Assembly (NCBI GenBank): GCA_001643675.2
Contig: LSRY02000010.1
Coordinates: forward strand, 248,001-312,000
Direction of reading: 5' to 3'
Length of the DNA: 64,000 nt
Source: Monocercomonoides exilis PA203
Lineage: Eukaryota > Protista > Preaxostyla
Below are positions 33,224 through 46,026 of this stretch, piece after piece (positions within the stretch are counted from its first letter, which is position 1; each line of letters begins with the position of its first letter). A program made the position numbers and the translations under genes. The notes beneath the pieces were generated by a model, which was not told where the DNA came from, ran no database searches, and saw nothing but the letters and a program-made list of their open reading frames with translations.

Positions 33224-35977
33224 TTAATCATCGTATTTCGCTCTTTTTCGAGAAGCAGAAGAAGAATAGCTATAACGATCTCTTCCCTTTTCACTATTTC
33301 CTCCCGTCGACTTTGCTCGGTCTCTATCTCTATCTCTATCATAATCTCTATCTCTACTTCTATCTCGACTTCTATCTCTTTCCCTGTCTCTGTCTCTGTC
33401 TCTTCCTCTATCTTCCTCTCTTCGTGGTGATCTATCTCTTTCAGAGCTTCTATACTTCGAACTTTCTTTAGCCCTGCTCCTATTAGCATCTCTATCTCTG
33501 TCTCTATCTCTGTCCCTGTTCTCTTCTTTTTCTCTTCGAGGTGATTGATGTGCTTTTGCTGACCCTTCATCAACATCTCTTCTTCTCCCATACTTACTAT
33601 CTCTATCTTCAACTCTGCGATCGTCTTGCCGTTTTCGTTCTCTCGAATAATCCGAAGATCTTATTTCAGCGTCTTGTCTTGTCAAAACTTCTTTTCTTCC
33701 TCTGTCTCTGTCTCTGTCTCTATCCCGATCTCTTTCTCCTTCTCTTTCTTTCTCCTTTTCTCTTCCTCCCCTCTCTCTCTTATATTTATCGCTTTCATAT
33801 TCGCCATCATCGCTTGGCTCATCTTCTCTCCTTCTGCTGACAATAGCCATCCTTTTCTCATTTTCAAAGTCATCCTCAGATCGATCATCGCGTTTGTCTC
33901 GCTTGCTCCGATAGCTCTCCTCACGTGCTCTTTCTGGCTCTCTTCCTCTCCCTCGAAGTTCTTCTGCTCCTTCTTTCAGTTTTTTAACTTCACTGCGCAC
34001 TTTATCGCTCCATTTCTTATCAGCATCTTTGCCTCCGCTCCGACTACTGCCTCTGTCTCTGTCTCTTATTTTCTCTTTTTCCTTCTCATACACACTCTCC
34101 CTCTTTCTATCTCTCGTTCTGTCCATTTCTCTATCTCTATCTCTTTCTCTTTCTCTATCTCTGCTTCTCTCTCCATTCCTATCACTGTCTCTATCTCGTT
34201 CTCTTTCTCTTTCTCTGTCTCTATCTCTGTCCTTCTCTTTCTCTCCATCTCGACTTCTTTCATATGGTGCACGCCTGTCTCTCAACTTCTCTTCTACTCT
34301 TTTATCAGAATCTCTTCTCAAACTTCTGCTCCTCGATCGGCTATTCCTCTGTTTCCTTCTTTCGGAAGCATCGCTACTTCGGCTCCTGTCTCTGCTGTCG
34401 TAGTGATGTCTTGTTCTGCTTTGTCTGCTTCGACTTCTCGAGTATCTTCTTCCGCTGCGGCTTCGGCTGTGGCTACGGCTATGACTACGACTACTGCTGC
34501 GGCTGTCGCTGTAACTTCTGCTTCTGCTTCGACTTCTGCTGCGGCTAAGACTTCTTCTGCTCCGTCTGCTTCTTCTGTCTCTGTCCCATTCTCTTCCATG
34601 CTCTCTACCGTGTCCATGATGGCTTCTATCTCTTCCTTCAGTCCGGTGCACATGGCTTCTCCTCCCGTCTCTCTCTTCAAGCCACCACTTCTCGTCAGCT
34701 GCGCTCGAATGCCCTCCGCTTTGTGGACCACGCCGGCTGTCGGTGCTAATGACTGACCGCCCTTTTGACTGAAACTGAATGATAATTTCTCTGTTTCCAA
34801 ACACTTTGCCATCCAATTCCTTAAAATTCATATTTAAAAAATTTCATTCAAAGTTATTATTTTGTATTAACATTTTTATAATGAAATTTATGTTAACGAT
34901 GCTTTACAAATACAAAACCTTTTTAGCTTTAATTGCATCTTCCAGATGTTCATAAGTTACAAATGCAAATGTTGATCTTGCACGTAAATCAACGCTTTTA
35001 ACTGGGCCACACTGCTCAAAAAATTCTTTCATGTCTTTTTCTTTAGTCCTTAAAGGATCATAATTAACAACAAATAATGTAGGAGAAGGAGGAATTAATG
35101 CTGAAGTAGTATTGATATGTAATAATAAGAACGTAATCTCAACAAATCATAAATAAATGAATCACACAATCTCGAGAATATAGAGCTGCCCTCCTGAAAA
35201 TATTCAAGAAAAAGATAATTAATTTATGATTGAAAATAAAAGCAACATACAATTTAGGATCATGAAATGATGGTTCAACCCTTAAACGACGACCCAAAAA
35301 TTCAATCTATGAAGTAAATTCTAAATTGTATGTGTGTAAGCGATTAAATGTATCAAACTCCAGGTAGTTCTTTAAGACATCGGTCTGCCAATTCTTTGTC
35401 ATTGAAAAAGACAAATGCAAAATGCTCCTTCATGTCAATTTTTGTTGGAGCCGCAATCTTTTCGGTTATCATATCTTTGAGTCCAAAGTATGCGTTTTCT
35501 TGTTGAGTCTCGATGTTCCCTGTTTCAGTTTTCATTTAGACATGTAAAATTCGAAAACAATTAATTCCATGTTAAAAGTATTATAACTACTATTGCTTTC
35601 GGAACTTAAGTAATAATCAAACCAATGTATACACCATGAAACTGCTTAGCAATCGAATCAATGTCAGCACCAGCGTTAAGTGGCAAAGATTGTTGCTGCG
35701 AAGAAGATTCAGGTTCAACATCCCATTCAGCAGCTTCTGGTGCATTGTCCTCTAATGGCCTATTATCGCTTTCATCTGCTACTGTTTGTATTTGTTCAGC
35801 CTCTTGAGAAATAAGAGGTGGCGGTAATAGTCCAGTTTGATCAGATTCATTGCTTAAAATTGGCTGCTCATCCCCAAGTGTAATATCTTTATCTGCATTA
35901 ACAATATCATTGTCATCAGCATGACTTGGAGAATTATAATCAAGATGCTCAGGGGAAGCAGTAAATTCTTCAGACAT
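33224..35977 (-). CDS. Two-RRM serine/arginine-rich splicing factor with long RS and RD/RE tail, multi-exon
   Basis: RRM1 pieces (GVYIG, HFAFVFF); RRM2 PTLFVVNYDPLRTKEKD..TFAFVTY..ELDGKVFGNREIIIQF; extensive RS/RD/RE dipeptides. Start at 35977 or 35998. Confidence 0.85.
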
Positions 35978-36055
35978 ATTGATCAATCTACGATCCATGC
36001 CATTTCATCATTTTTACTGGAGCCCCATCATATAAATATTTAACAAATAATTTTT

Positions 36056-38464
36056 ATGTCTTCTTCAAGGCTATACGCTGGCTATACGAATGAATCAAAT
36101 CCTTTCGGAGATTCAAGGCTTGGCGAAAAGTTTGTGTGGCATAAAAAGAACGAAAAATTAAAGAAATTGGGATTGAACGAGAAGAAAATATCAAAAGAAG
36201 AAAAAAGAATAATTCAAGAAGAAAGATTTGTTTGAACTTGCTTTTATCAACTTCTATTGCTTTAAAACAGCGTCTAACATTCTTTATACAGCAAGAAATT
36301 GAAAGAGCTCGGCAAAAAAGGCTTCAAAATGAGGAAGACAAAAAACTGCGAGAATTGCAGCGTTTACAAGCACAAAAAGATAAGGATTTGATGGACTTTG
36401 AAGATTGGAGAAGGCAAGAACACGAAGTTTGTTTCTCACTTTTTAATACTTCTTTTTGCTGTTATTCTAAAATAGTTTCATACAAAACAAGTGAAATTGA
36501 GATCTGAGATTCGAGTGAAACAAGGAAGAGCACAGCCAATAGACTTTGTTGCAAGAAACCTTCGTTTAGATGAAGATCAGCCTGATTTTTCTTCACCATC
36601 TGTTGATAATCTTCGTTTTGCTTCAGACTTTTCTCCAGATGATGTAGAAACTGATGAACGCCTTCTTCAAGAGCCATATCAGATTTTTAATGTATGAGAT
36701 GTTTTGTAGAATGTTATTAAATAAAAATTTCTTTTTCTTTTTGTTTCTTTCTCTTTCTTTATTTCTCAAAAAATTGATTATTATACGGCATGAAAACATT
36801 TCAACATGTTTTACTTAGGGAATGACATTGGATGAATTGAAAAACACAGAAAAGGAAATTTCTGCTTATAAAGAGTTGGATCAAAAGAAAAACAAATCAT
36901 TTTGGGCAGCCATGAGAGCGTTGTGTGTCGAAGCTATTCGAAATGCTCAGCTGACCGCAGAAGATATCGAAAAGTTTGATACAAACAATATTTTTCAGCT
37001 TTAATATTTTTTTCCTCCCCCTGTTCTCAATACAATTTTTTCAAAAAATGAAAACCTTCATTCAGAGAATCTCAGCAGCCGAGCCGTACAAAATTCGTTC
37101 CGCCTGTTTCTTCCTCGCTTTCTTCGCTTGCCTCCATCCGAGAAGGAGCCTCGCCCGCGCCTTACCATCGCTCCTCTTCTGACACACTCAGCCAAAGCGC
37201 GCCGTTCCGTTCAGCCGCGTATGTCAAGTCTTCTGTGCACTCTGTGCTGAGCCGGCTGTCAGCGGAGCAGCTGGCGGCGGTCGGGGCAGTGGTGGCAGAG
37301 GTGCTGGAGAGAGCGGGGCGGGACGAGCAGCTGAGAGAAGGGCTGGACATCGACTATTTGGACACCGTGCAGAAGGAGACGGCGCTGTGCAGCGCGCGCG
37401 CGGTTGTGAGGGAGAGGCACAGGGACATCCTGCAGAGGCGCCTGGAGCAGCTGGAGAGGAAGGCGGAGGCGCAGGAGAAGGAGAGGGAGAGGGCGGAGAG
37501 GAGAAGAGAGAGAACAAGAGGGGAGAAGGAGGAGAAGTTGGAGGAGAAAAGAGAAGAGGGAGGGGAAATGAAAGCAGACGAAAGAGAAATCAAAGAGGAT
37601 GAAAGCAGACTGAAGTATTCTTCTGAAGAGAGTGAAAGAGATTCGTTTGAGAGGCAAAAAGAGCAAAAATATGAACACAAAAGCAGATATGAAAAAAGAG
37701 CAGACGAAGAAGACTTAATTTTGGGCAACCAAAAGCACAGATTTCACGAACACATCACATCATCATCATCATCATCATCTTCTTCTTCTTCTCATTATGG
37801 AACAGACAAAACATCTTCTTCTTCATCTTCTTCTTCTATTTCTTCTGCCAGTGCTGTTGAGGAAGGAGCACAAGAAGACGATGCGGTGGACGAAGATCAG
37901 ACAACCCTCGAAGCATTTGATTATCTTGTGCCTTTGGACAAGGTGTGTTCTGCTTGTTAAGCTATTGCTATTCTTATCTGTCATATTTTATATTCTTATT
38001 ACCAAATTTAATCTTTTTTATATATTTCTATCTAAAATCATAAATAAATTCTTTTTTATTTCATTTTCCCTGTGACTCTGAAGGTTTACCGATGGTCTGA
38101 CAAATATCGCCCGAGAAAGCCCAAATATTTCAACAGAATTCGAACAGGATACGAATGGAACAAATACAACAAGACCCATTTTGATATCGATAACCCTCCT
38201 CCAAAGACTGTTATGGGATACCGTTTCAACATATTTTATCCTGATCTTATCGATAAGACAAGAACTCCTCGCTACATAACTGACGAAGAAACAGAAGAAT
38301 ACAAAATCATTCGTTTCCATGCTGGACCTCCATATGAAGATATCGCATTCAAAATCGTCAATAAGGAATGGGAATATAGAGGAAGAAGAGGCTTCGTTTC
38401 TTCCTTCGATAATGGAGTTCTAAGACTCTACTTCAATTTCAAAAGACTCAGATATCGTCGTTAA
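36056..38464 (+). CDS. CACTIN: Cactin, spliceosome C/C* complex factor, multi-exon
   Basis: N-terminal GYTNESNPFGD..FVWHKK; mid-domain KLRSEIRVKQGRAQPID and EPY; C-terminal WSDKYRPRKPKYFNR..GYEWNKYN..DNPPPK..NIFYPDLID..RFHAGPPYEDIAFKIVNKEW..RYRR. Confidence 0.95.
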
Positions 38465-38576
38465 ATTGCTTTTTTGTTTTTATTGCTTTTTCAAAAGATT
38501 CTATGATTTTCTTTTTATTTTTGTGTTGGTATTGATCAAGGATCAAAAAAGAATTGGATTAAAAATTTACTCTCCG

Positions 38577-38969
38577 ATGGGAGCATGGCATCAATCTCTT
38601 TTTGGATGTTTTAGTAATTTTGATGTTGCGTTTTATGGTCTGCTGTATCCTTGTTATTTTAACTCTTTAAAAAATTATTCTTTAATAATGATTCGATTTA
38701 AAGGCTTTCTTGTCTGCCAGCCATGCACACTCGGAAGCATGATTGCGTTCCACTATCAAGAAAACTTTTCATTTTTGCACTTTTTGCTTGGGTTAATAGC
38801 TCCATGGTCCCTTATGTTGCGTTCTGATATTCGATTAAGAGAATCTATTCCTGGTTCTGCTTGCGATGATTGCATCAAAACTGTATGTTGCTATCCATGC
38901 TCTTTTTGCCAAGTTACAAAGCAATATGCGGATAGAGGATGTAAATTCTTCCCGATTTCACTTGCATAA
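38577..38969 (+). CDS. PLAC8-family Cys-rich protein
   Basis: MGAWHQSLFGCF; CQPC; R..IR....IPGSACDDC...CCYPCSFCQ; probable 66-nt GT-AG intron at 38638-38703. Confidence 0.85.
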   Translation: MGAWHQSLFGCFSNFDVAFYGLLYPCYFNSLKNYSLIMIRFKGFLVCQPCTLGSMIAFHYQENFSFLHFLLGLIAPWSLMLRSDIRLRESIPGSACDDCIKTVCCYPCSFCQVTKQYADRGCKFFPISLA

Positions 38970-39106
38970 CACTTCACCAAGCCTCATTTCAGGCACTTCA
39001 TGAAAATTTATTTTTATTTTTTAAAATCTCAGTTAAAAGCTGTGAAATGGTAAACTTTCTTTATTTAATAAAAACGGTCAATTTTGATGAAGTGGATGTG
39101 AAGTGA

Positions 39107-42100
39107 TCAATGAATATCTTGTCTTCTTTTACCTTCTTCCATCAATGCTTTAACTGTTAATTGCACCTGTTGTTGCTGTCCAGATAGAAGCGTTTGAAAT
39201 TCAGACGAATCTTCAGTAATTAAACAGAATCTATTCCAAATTGAAGAAACCACAACAATTGGATCAATTTCTTCAAGAACATTGGGAAGTGAAAATTGAG
39301 GCTGTTTGCTGGAAGCTAATTTTGGAAGATAAAATGGATTTTTTCCTGTTGTTTCTGCTGAAAGAAGACCTTTAATTCTTGCTTCAACTTCGCGCTTAAG
39401 TTTCCTCTTTACAAATATTATGTTGTCTCTATCTGAATTGGAAGAGTCGCTGCTGTCAGAATCACAAGTTTCAGTGAAGATTTCAATGTACTCGTCGTTT
39501 CCCAGCACGTCGTGGTCTTTCCCAACGTCCTGTGAGATCTTCACCATCATTTGAAACAGCTCTTCTCCTTTCTTAAACCTGGCAGCTGATGCTTTGAGGA
39601 ACATCTTGTTCCGTCGCTCGTCTTCTGCAGGCTCATCCTCGTCAATATCGACGCTCCCATCTCCATCAAATCCATCGCCCAAGCTCTCCTCGTCTTCCTC
39701 ATCCTCCATCTCAACATCATCCATCTCATCCAATCCCAGCTGCTTTTCCACATATACAAAATCGGAATCTGTTAATGGGGCATCTTCATTAGCGATCCTT
39801 TCACTTGCTCCCTTTCTCTCCTCAGAAGATGACAACATATTTTCCTCTTTCTCTCTTCTTTCTTTTGATTTCTGCTTGCTTTGCTCGTCGTGGTTCTTTC
39901 GGAATTCTTCTACTATCGCTTTTCTCTGCAGCTTTTCGAGCTCAGCTTTGTGATAGTTTGAACACATTGTAGACAGAAGAGCAATTGCATGATGCATAGA
40001 AACAATGAATGGTTGGAACTTTTCAGCTGAAGGAGCAAAAGAAGATTGCACGCTCAGCTGCTGTTGAGCAGAAGACAGAGAAGAAAGTGAAAACGAGATT
40101 GGAGTATAGCGATACAACGATGGATCAGGCTTTAACAGAAAGATGCTGGCAATTGAAATGATGCAGCATTTTATCTCATTTGGCCTTTTGAACAGCGAAG
40201 CAGTTGTGAAGACGAGAGAAAGATAGCGACTGAAAATTTCTGAAGGCGGGTTGGAATGGATGGTTGGTGGAAGAGACAGAGAATAAGCGCCAGGAGTTGA
40301 CATAGAAGGTGTGGAAGGCGCATGAGAAAGAGAGAGGAAATGATTGACAGTGACGTAAAAATCAGCATAAAGCAGGAGGATGAGGCTGAGCATCAGCGAA
40401 GGGGCAGAATATTCGTGCTGAACAACAGCTGCAGCGAGTTTGATTGGGTCAACGGTTGATGCTGATAAAGAGGAAGACTGAGATGAAGTGGTGAATTGAG
40501 ATGAGGAAGATGGAAGTTGAGTGCTTTGTTGTTGAGGTAAGTGTTTCATGGCTGCCAGGTTTGCCTTTCTTGCTTGCTTCTTTTTCTCCTCTTCTTCTGC
40601 CACCAGAAGTTTTGCATATCCAGTTATTAAGATAAGATCGAAACGCCTCCAAAGCACATTAGCAATAGTTGGGATGAATGGAGAAAGAAAAGATGGAGAG
40701 TGAAATGAGCATGACGAAGCTTGCGCCGTCGAAGGAGATCCTTCGAATGAACGTGATGCAATCAGAACAAGCTGCAAAAGTGATGAGCCAAGTGAGCATG
40801 AGAACTCGTTGCTGCTTGCTGTGTATCGAAGAGCTACTTTGATAATGTCAAATAAAATGCAATTCGAACGAAGAGTACAAGAAGATGCACCAAAAGAACA
40901 AGTAGAGGAGGAGGAAGCGAAGGAAGGCAGGACAGCTTTCGGAATAGAAGGATCGGCTGCGCATTGTAGCTCCCACATCGAGTCCCAGATGCTCTTCACT
41001 GGAGTCACTGTAGCCTTTGGGTAGTGAAGCAGCAGCAGGCGGAAGGTCTCCATTGCATCGCTCAGCATGTCTGTGCCCACAAACGCGACTGTCTGCGAAA
41101 GCTGCTTAAGCAGCGGGAATATCAGCTCGGAATTCAATGAGAGGCAGTTAGGGATGTGTGTGATTGTATCCAGCAGTCCAACAACTGTGTCTGGAAGAAG
41201 AATGGATTGAGGATCTGTAGGGTCTGAAGACAGAACAGCAGATGAAGGAGAAACAGCCAGTGAAGGGAAAAGCATGTTTTCTGAAGCGTCTTCGCGAGAT
41301 GTTTTGGTAAGTTTGGCCAAAAATTCAGGCGAAAACAGATCACATGGGTTGAATTTTGATGCCTCGACCATCAGACCAGAAACAGAAGAGCTAAAGGCAA
41401 TCACATTTTGAATGGTGATCCCACGGCTGATGAGAGCCATTGCAAGGACAAGAGAAATGGCAGGGGAAACAATTTGAACGAAGACTGTGATCATTTCGGG
41501 ATCGTCCTTGAACTCGTCAAACAGCACATCCAAAGTGTCCTTTACAGGAATTGGTGCATACACTGCTTGATCAGCCTCGTCTATCGCCTTCCCAGAAGTG
41601 AAAGAGAACGCAGGACACGAAGAAACCATCTGCGCAACAACAGAAGCACCAATAGCAGACTCTGGAAATCCCGCAGCAACACACACTTCCCTCACCTTCT
41701 GATGCAAATGACCAAGAATTGCCTGCTCGCTTGCCCCAAAGTTGGTCTGCTGCCCGAAGTCCACAGGATATCTCGCCGACCGCCACACACAGCGGAGGTG
41801 GGTGATTGTCAGCGATGCTGCAACATACGCAGCAGTCGGGCGGAGAACAGTGCCAAAGCGCTGAATGAAAGAGGTCACACAATGCAGAAAGTCCTCGCTG
41901 TCGCCCATCACCAGCAGCATCTGCATCAGCGAGCGGAGCAGATTCGGCGCTTCCTGAACGAGAAACGGGTGAATCGTGTCCAGAACACAGGATGATGCTG
42001 GCTGAGCCTGTGATGGTGAACACATGCTCTGACTTCCTGCTTTCCGTATTCGCATCAGCTGAGGCAAAGAGGTGATTGCCTTGATGCGCACAGCAAAGCG

Positions 42101-44339
42101 CCGATCCGACATCGCCATCAGAATCTCCTTCACAACCTGACTCACCAGCGGATGGAATCCTGTTGCTGCGTCGCACAGTTCAGCGGGATAAGAGCGAGAG
42201 AGCAACGGAATAAAGAACGAAAGGCACCAGCAGCCTCTCATCCGCAGTCGCGGCTGAGGAGAGGAAAGAGAAGGCAGAATGAAGTTTGTGATGAGCCCTT
42301 CGATGACAGGCAGTGTTTGTGTGGAGAGAAGCTCTTTGTGGAGAGTGCCGAGCATCAGCAGGATGGCATCCCACTGAATCCACTTTGGCACAACTTGTTG
42401 GATGAAATGTTTTTTTAAAAAATGTTAAATAAAATAAAGATTTGGTGAAATAATTAAAAAAATCAGCATTTTGAAGGGAAGAATAAATGTGACCACAAAA
42501 AAACTCCCTCCAAAAAATAAAAATATCGTTAAAATTCATATTGCTCAATACAAACTCCATAAACATTCTTTTTCTATATTTTAAACTCTGTTTTTGCTTT
42601 CCAAAAAAAATTATCGTCATACCTAATTGTGATTTATCAGATTCAGTCGTGCTTGTTTTCTTCAATTCAGCCATTTTCTCTCCAATAAACTTTGTAATCT
42701 GAGGCATCGACGAGTCTGGGAAAGTCTCTGCCATTGTCTGCAGGAGCAGCAAAGCAGAGCTTTTGACAGTTCCTTCTGAGCGCTCCAAGCCATTCTCTGT
42801 CATCACGTAGTCCCTATCATCCTCCATTTGCGAGAGCTGTTGAGGCGCACCAGAAGTGAATGGACAGCACAGCGTAGATGAAGAAGAAGAAGAAGAAGAA
42901 GAAGAAGAAGATGATGATGATAATGAAGATGAAGTTGCTTGGCTGGTGGAGTTCGTCTGATGGAATGGCGCTAGAGCAGAGCTGTCATCCAAAACAGCTG
43001 CATCGGCTTCTTCTTCTGTCCACCTGCTCAAATCTTCGCCAGATAGAAGCAAGTTCGGATAGATGATCTCTTCAAGCAGAGAAGGAAGGAAAGGTCGCAA
43101 AGAACTTGCATAAAAACTGCGGAAGATGGCGCCTTTATGAAGAATTTGAATGCTTTTTGTGAGAACAACAGAGGTTATAGGGTTCTGAGGGAAAGGGACT
43201 CCCTGCCAGCCCAAAGAGCTATTCGTCTTATCATTTGCATAAAGATAAGACAGGAGAGAATAAGTGAACGCTCCGCTCTGATACGCCAAGTGCAATTCGT
43301 GGAGCACCATTGAGAGAACTGCTTTCCCTTCTGTAGCCACCCATCTTGTGCAGAACTCTTTGTATTTTGGCTGAACAAGAGGAGGAAGCCCATACCGCGT
43401 GAAGAGTATGCACAGCGCTTCTGCTGCATATTTCTTGCCTTTGCACCATGAAATCTGTTCGAATCCAGGCTGAAATAATAAAATGATATGAAAAATGATC
43501 AGTCTAAATTTTTAAAAAAAGAAAGACATCAAACAGCCATCGGCACATGAAACGAATACATTGCACTTATCACAGACAACCACTTTTTGAATTTTTCATC
43601 AGTCGCAACAACATCAGGAAGGCAATATCTAATTGATTTCATAAAAATTTTGCATATTCTGAATGGAATTTCACCGATAGAAGGATCCAAGCATTGCCCT
43701 TGCATAGATTGCACAGCAATTTCTATAAGGCGATCTTGTATTTTATTCAAAAATGAATGAAAGGCTGTACAATATTTTGCAGGTTTGAATGAATATGCAC
43801 TAAATAACGGAAGAAGACTATTTAATGCACCAAGAATAGAAAGAGGTTCATTTGTATAAAGGAACACTGAAATTTGCGATTCTAATTCTTTAAAATTCTT
43901 TGGGTAATCAGCATTTATTATATAAACCAAAGCATTCATCAGAAATTTTGCAATCTGCCTTGGCGCAGATACAATTGCATTTACAATATTCTTTCTAACA
44001 TAAATTTTACTTTTTGTATCTTCTGACATGACCCATTCGTTTGATACCCCATTTTTAAACACAATAATGGCTGCAACACGTATTTCTTGTTTGACAGCAG
44101 GATTCATTGCAAATGTCAGTAATTCCTGGAAATAGCCCTTCTCATTTTTCCACTTTTATTAGTGAATTTTCATTTTTCATTTTATATTTATGTTTTAAAA
44201 AGCATGAGACAAGGTAAAACTAAGTTTTCAAAAATACATAAATACACACTGATTCAACTTCTTTAGCTGTATTCAACAGAGTTTCCGTATTTCCAATAAG
44301 AGATTTTTCCAATGTATCATAAATAATCGCTTGATTCAT
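39107..44339 (-). CDS. Importin-beta family protein, importin-7/8 (Nmd5/Sxm1)-like, multi-exon
   Basis: IBN_N-like IRVAAIIVFKNGV..W..VRKNIV..IINADYPKNF; PRLRMRGCW; acidic C-terminal loop. ORFs 44220, 43529, 43175, 42180 and 39107 are successive exons. Confidence 0.8.
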
Positions 44340-44953
44340 ATTTAAAGATTCAGAAAATCGTCTCAAACATTTATGTATTTCCCTTACTATAATTTTTGGA
44401 AATCTATTTTGAAGGATTATTATTTTTTTAAAATTCCTTCCTAAAGAAAAATAAAAAACACTTTTTATTCGCTTTGTTATCATTATTTTTTAAGATTTTT
44501 TGAACAATAAATGAAAATTCTCACATACTCATCTTCTATTTCATACCTGTTTTTTTTCTTTCTTAATCGTGTAAATCAACATCCAAGTGAAATTTATCAA
44601 AATTCGTCACCAAGGTAAATATACAATTTATTAAAAATGAAAAATAAAACAATGAACTCGAAATTTTAATGAAGAATAAAATGGTAAATACCAACGATTA
44701 TCTAAATCAGTTTGATCCCAACTTTTCATCATCAAGTAATTTCTCTATTTTTCATTTTGCGATATTGAGATTCACCCTTAATCTGTCCTTACTTCCATTT
44801 GGTTCCAAATACATCTTTCCATATCTTGTTCCATAAAGCATCTGTTATTTTTAATCATATCCCATTAAATCAGCTTAAGATATGCATCATCGAGATGTGA
44901 TCTCATCGAGGTTGATAAAAGTCACAAAATACAAGAAGAAGAGAAAATTGCAA

Positions 44954-46026
44954 TCAGTTAATTCTACTCTGAAAATTATGTTGATTCTTCGCTCGTTCCC
45001 TCATTTCAGACAATGCTTTCTTCCTGCTCCCTCTTTTAGAGCCCTTCGTTCTGCTGTTCCTCTGCGCACTTGCTGACGACACTGATGCTGCAGATGCCAC
45101 AGATGTCACAGAAGAGGGAGAAGACGAGCGGTGCCCAAACGCTGTTGACTCCCGGTCAGCCACAAAAGACGACAGCTCGTCCATCGAGCTGTGCAGAAAG
45201 TGCGACGAGTACTCAGCTGCAAGCGACGGCGACAGCATCCGCGTGAATGCAATCGACGGCGATGGCAGCGAGCCCTGATACATCGCCGATGGCCCCAGCG
45301 ACATCAGCACGCTGCTCGACGAGGGAGTGCGGCTCAGCGGAGACGGAGACAAGCTCGGATATCGCATGCCATACGGCGTGAGTGCAGACGGCCGCACAGG
45401 TGTGGGTGCAGTGGGAGAGGGATGTGCTGGCGATGGAGCAGCGCTGGCTGGAGTGTCTGCACGATCTGCAAACGGCGCAAACGCCATCATCCGCCTCATC
45501 AGCTTCTTTTGCAACGAGTCGCTGCTGTCCTTCCTGCTCCGACCAGCCATCGACCCTGCCACTGAATACGATGTGCCATCATCCACGCCTCCACCAGCAT
45601 ACGGAGAAAGAGGAAACGGCCGCGAAGCTGAACGCTGCATCGGAGAGTGTGTTGCTGTCAGGCTGTCTGAAAACACACTCGGCGTCTGCCCATCCCCATC
45701 CATCCGCGAGTATCCCACAGAAAGCGAAGAAAAAGGAAGCACCGAAAAAGAGCTTCCCCCTTCCAACGATAGCGAACCTGCCACATCTTCATTCAGAAGG
45801 AATATTTGCGCAAGAGGCGCCGACTGAAGCTGCGACGGAGGGTTTTTCTCGAGCCAGTTGCGCAGTTTTATCACAGACACAAGAAACTGCTCCACAAGCT
45901 GCCCAGCATTTCCAGTTGGGAACGACACAGGAAAAGCGCTGCCATCCTCAGAGTTCAGCCCATGCCGTGCAGATGAAGTTGAAGAAGTGAATACTTGAGA
46001 CTGATCAAAGAACGGAAAATGAGATC
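44954..46026 (-). CDS. Ser/Pro-rich hypothetical protein exon; gene extent unresolved
   Basis: 324-aa track ORF, open upstream to a ttatag acceptor near 46026; GC-rich low-complexity coding style like neighbouring host exons. Confidence 0.5.
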
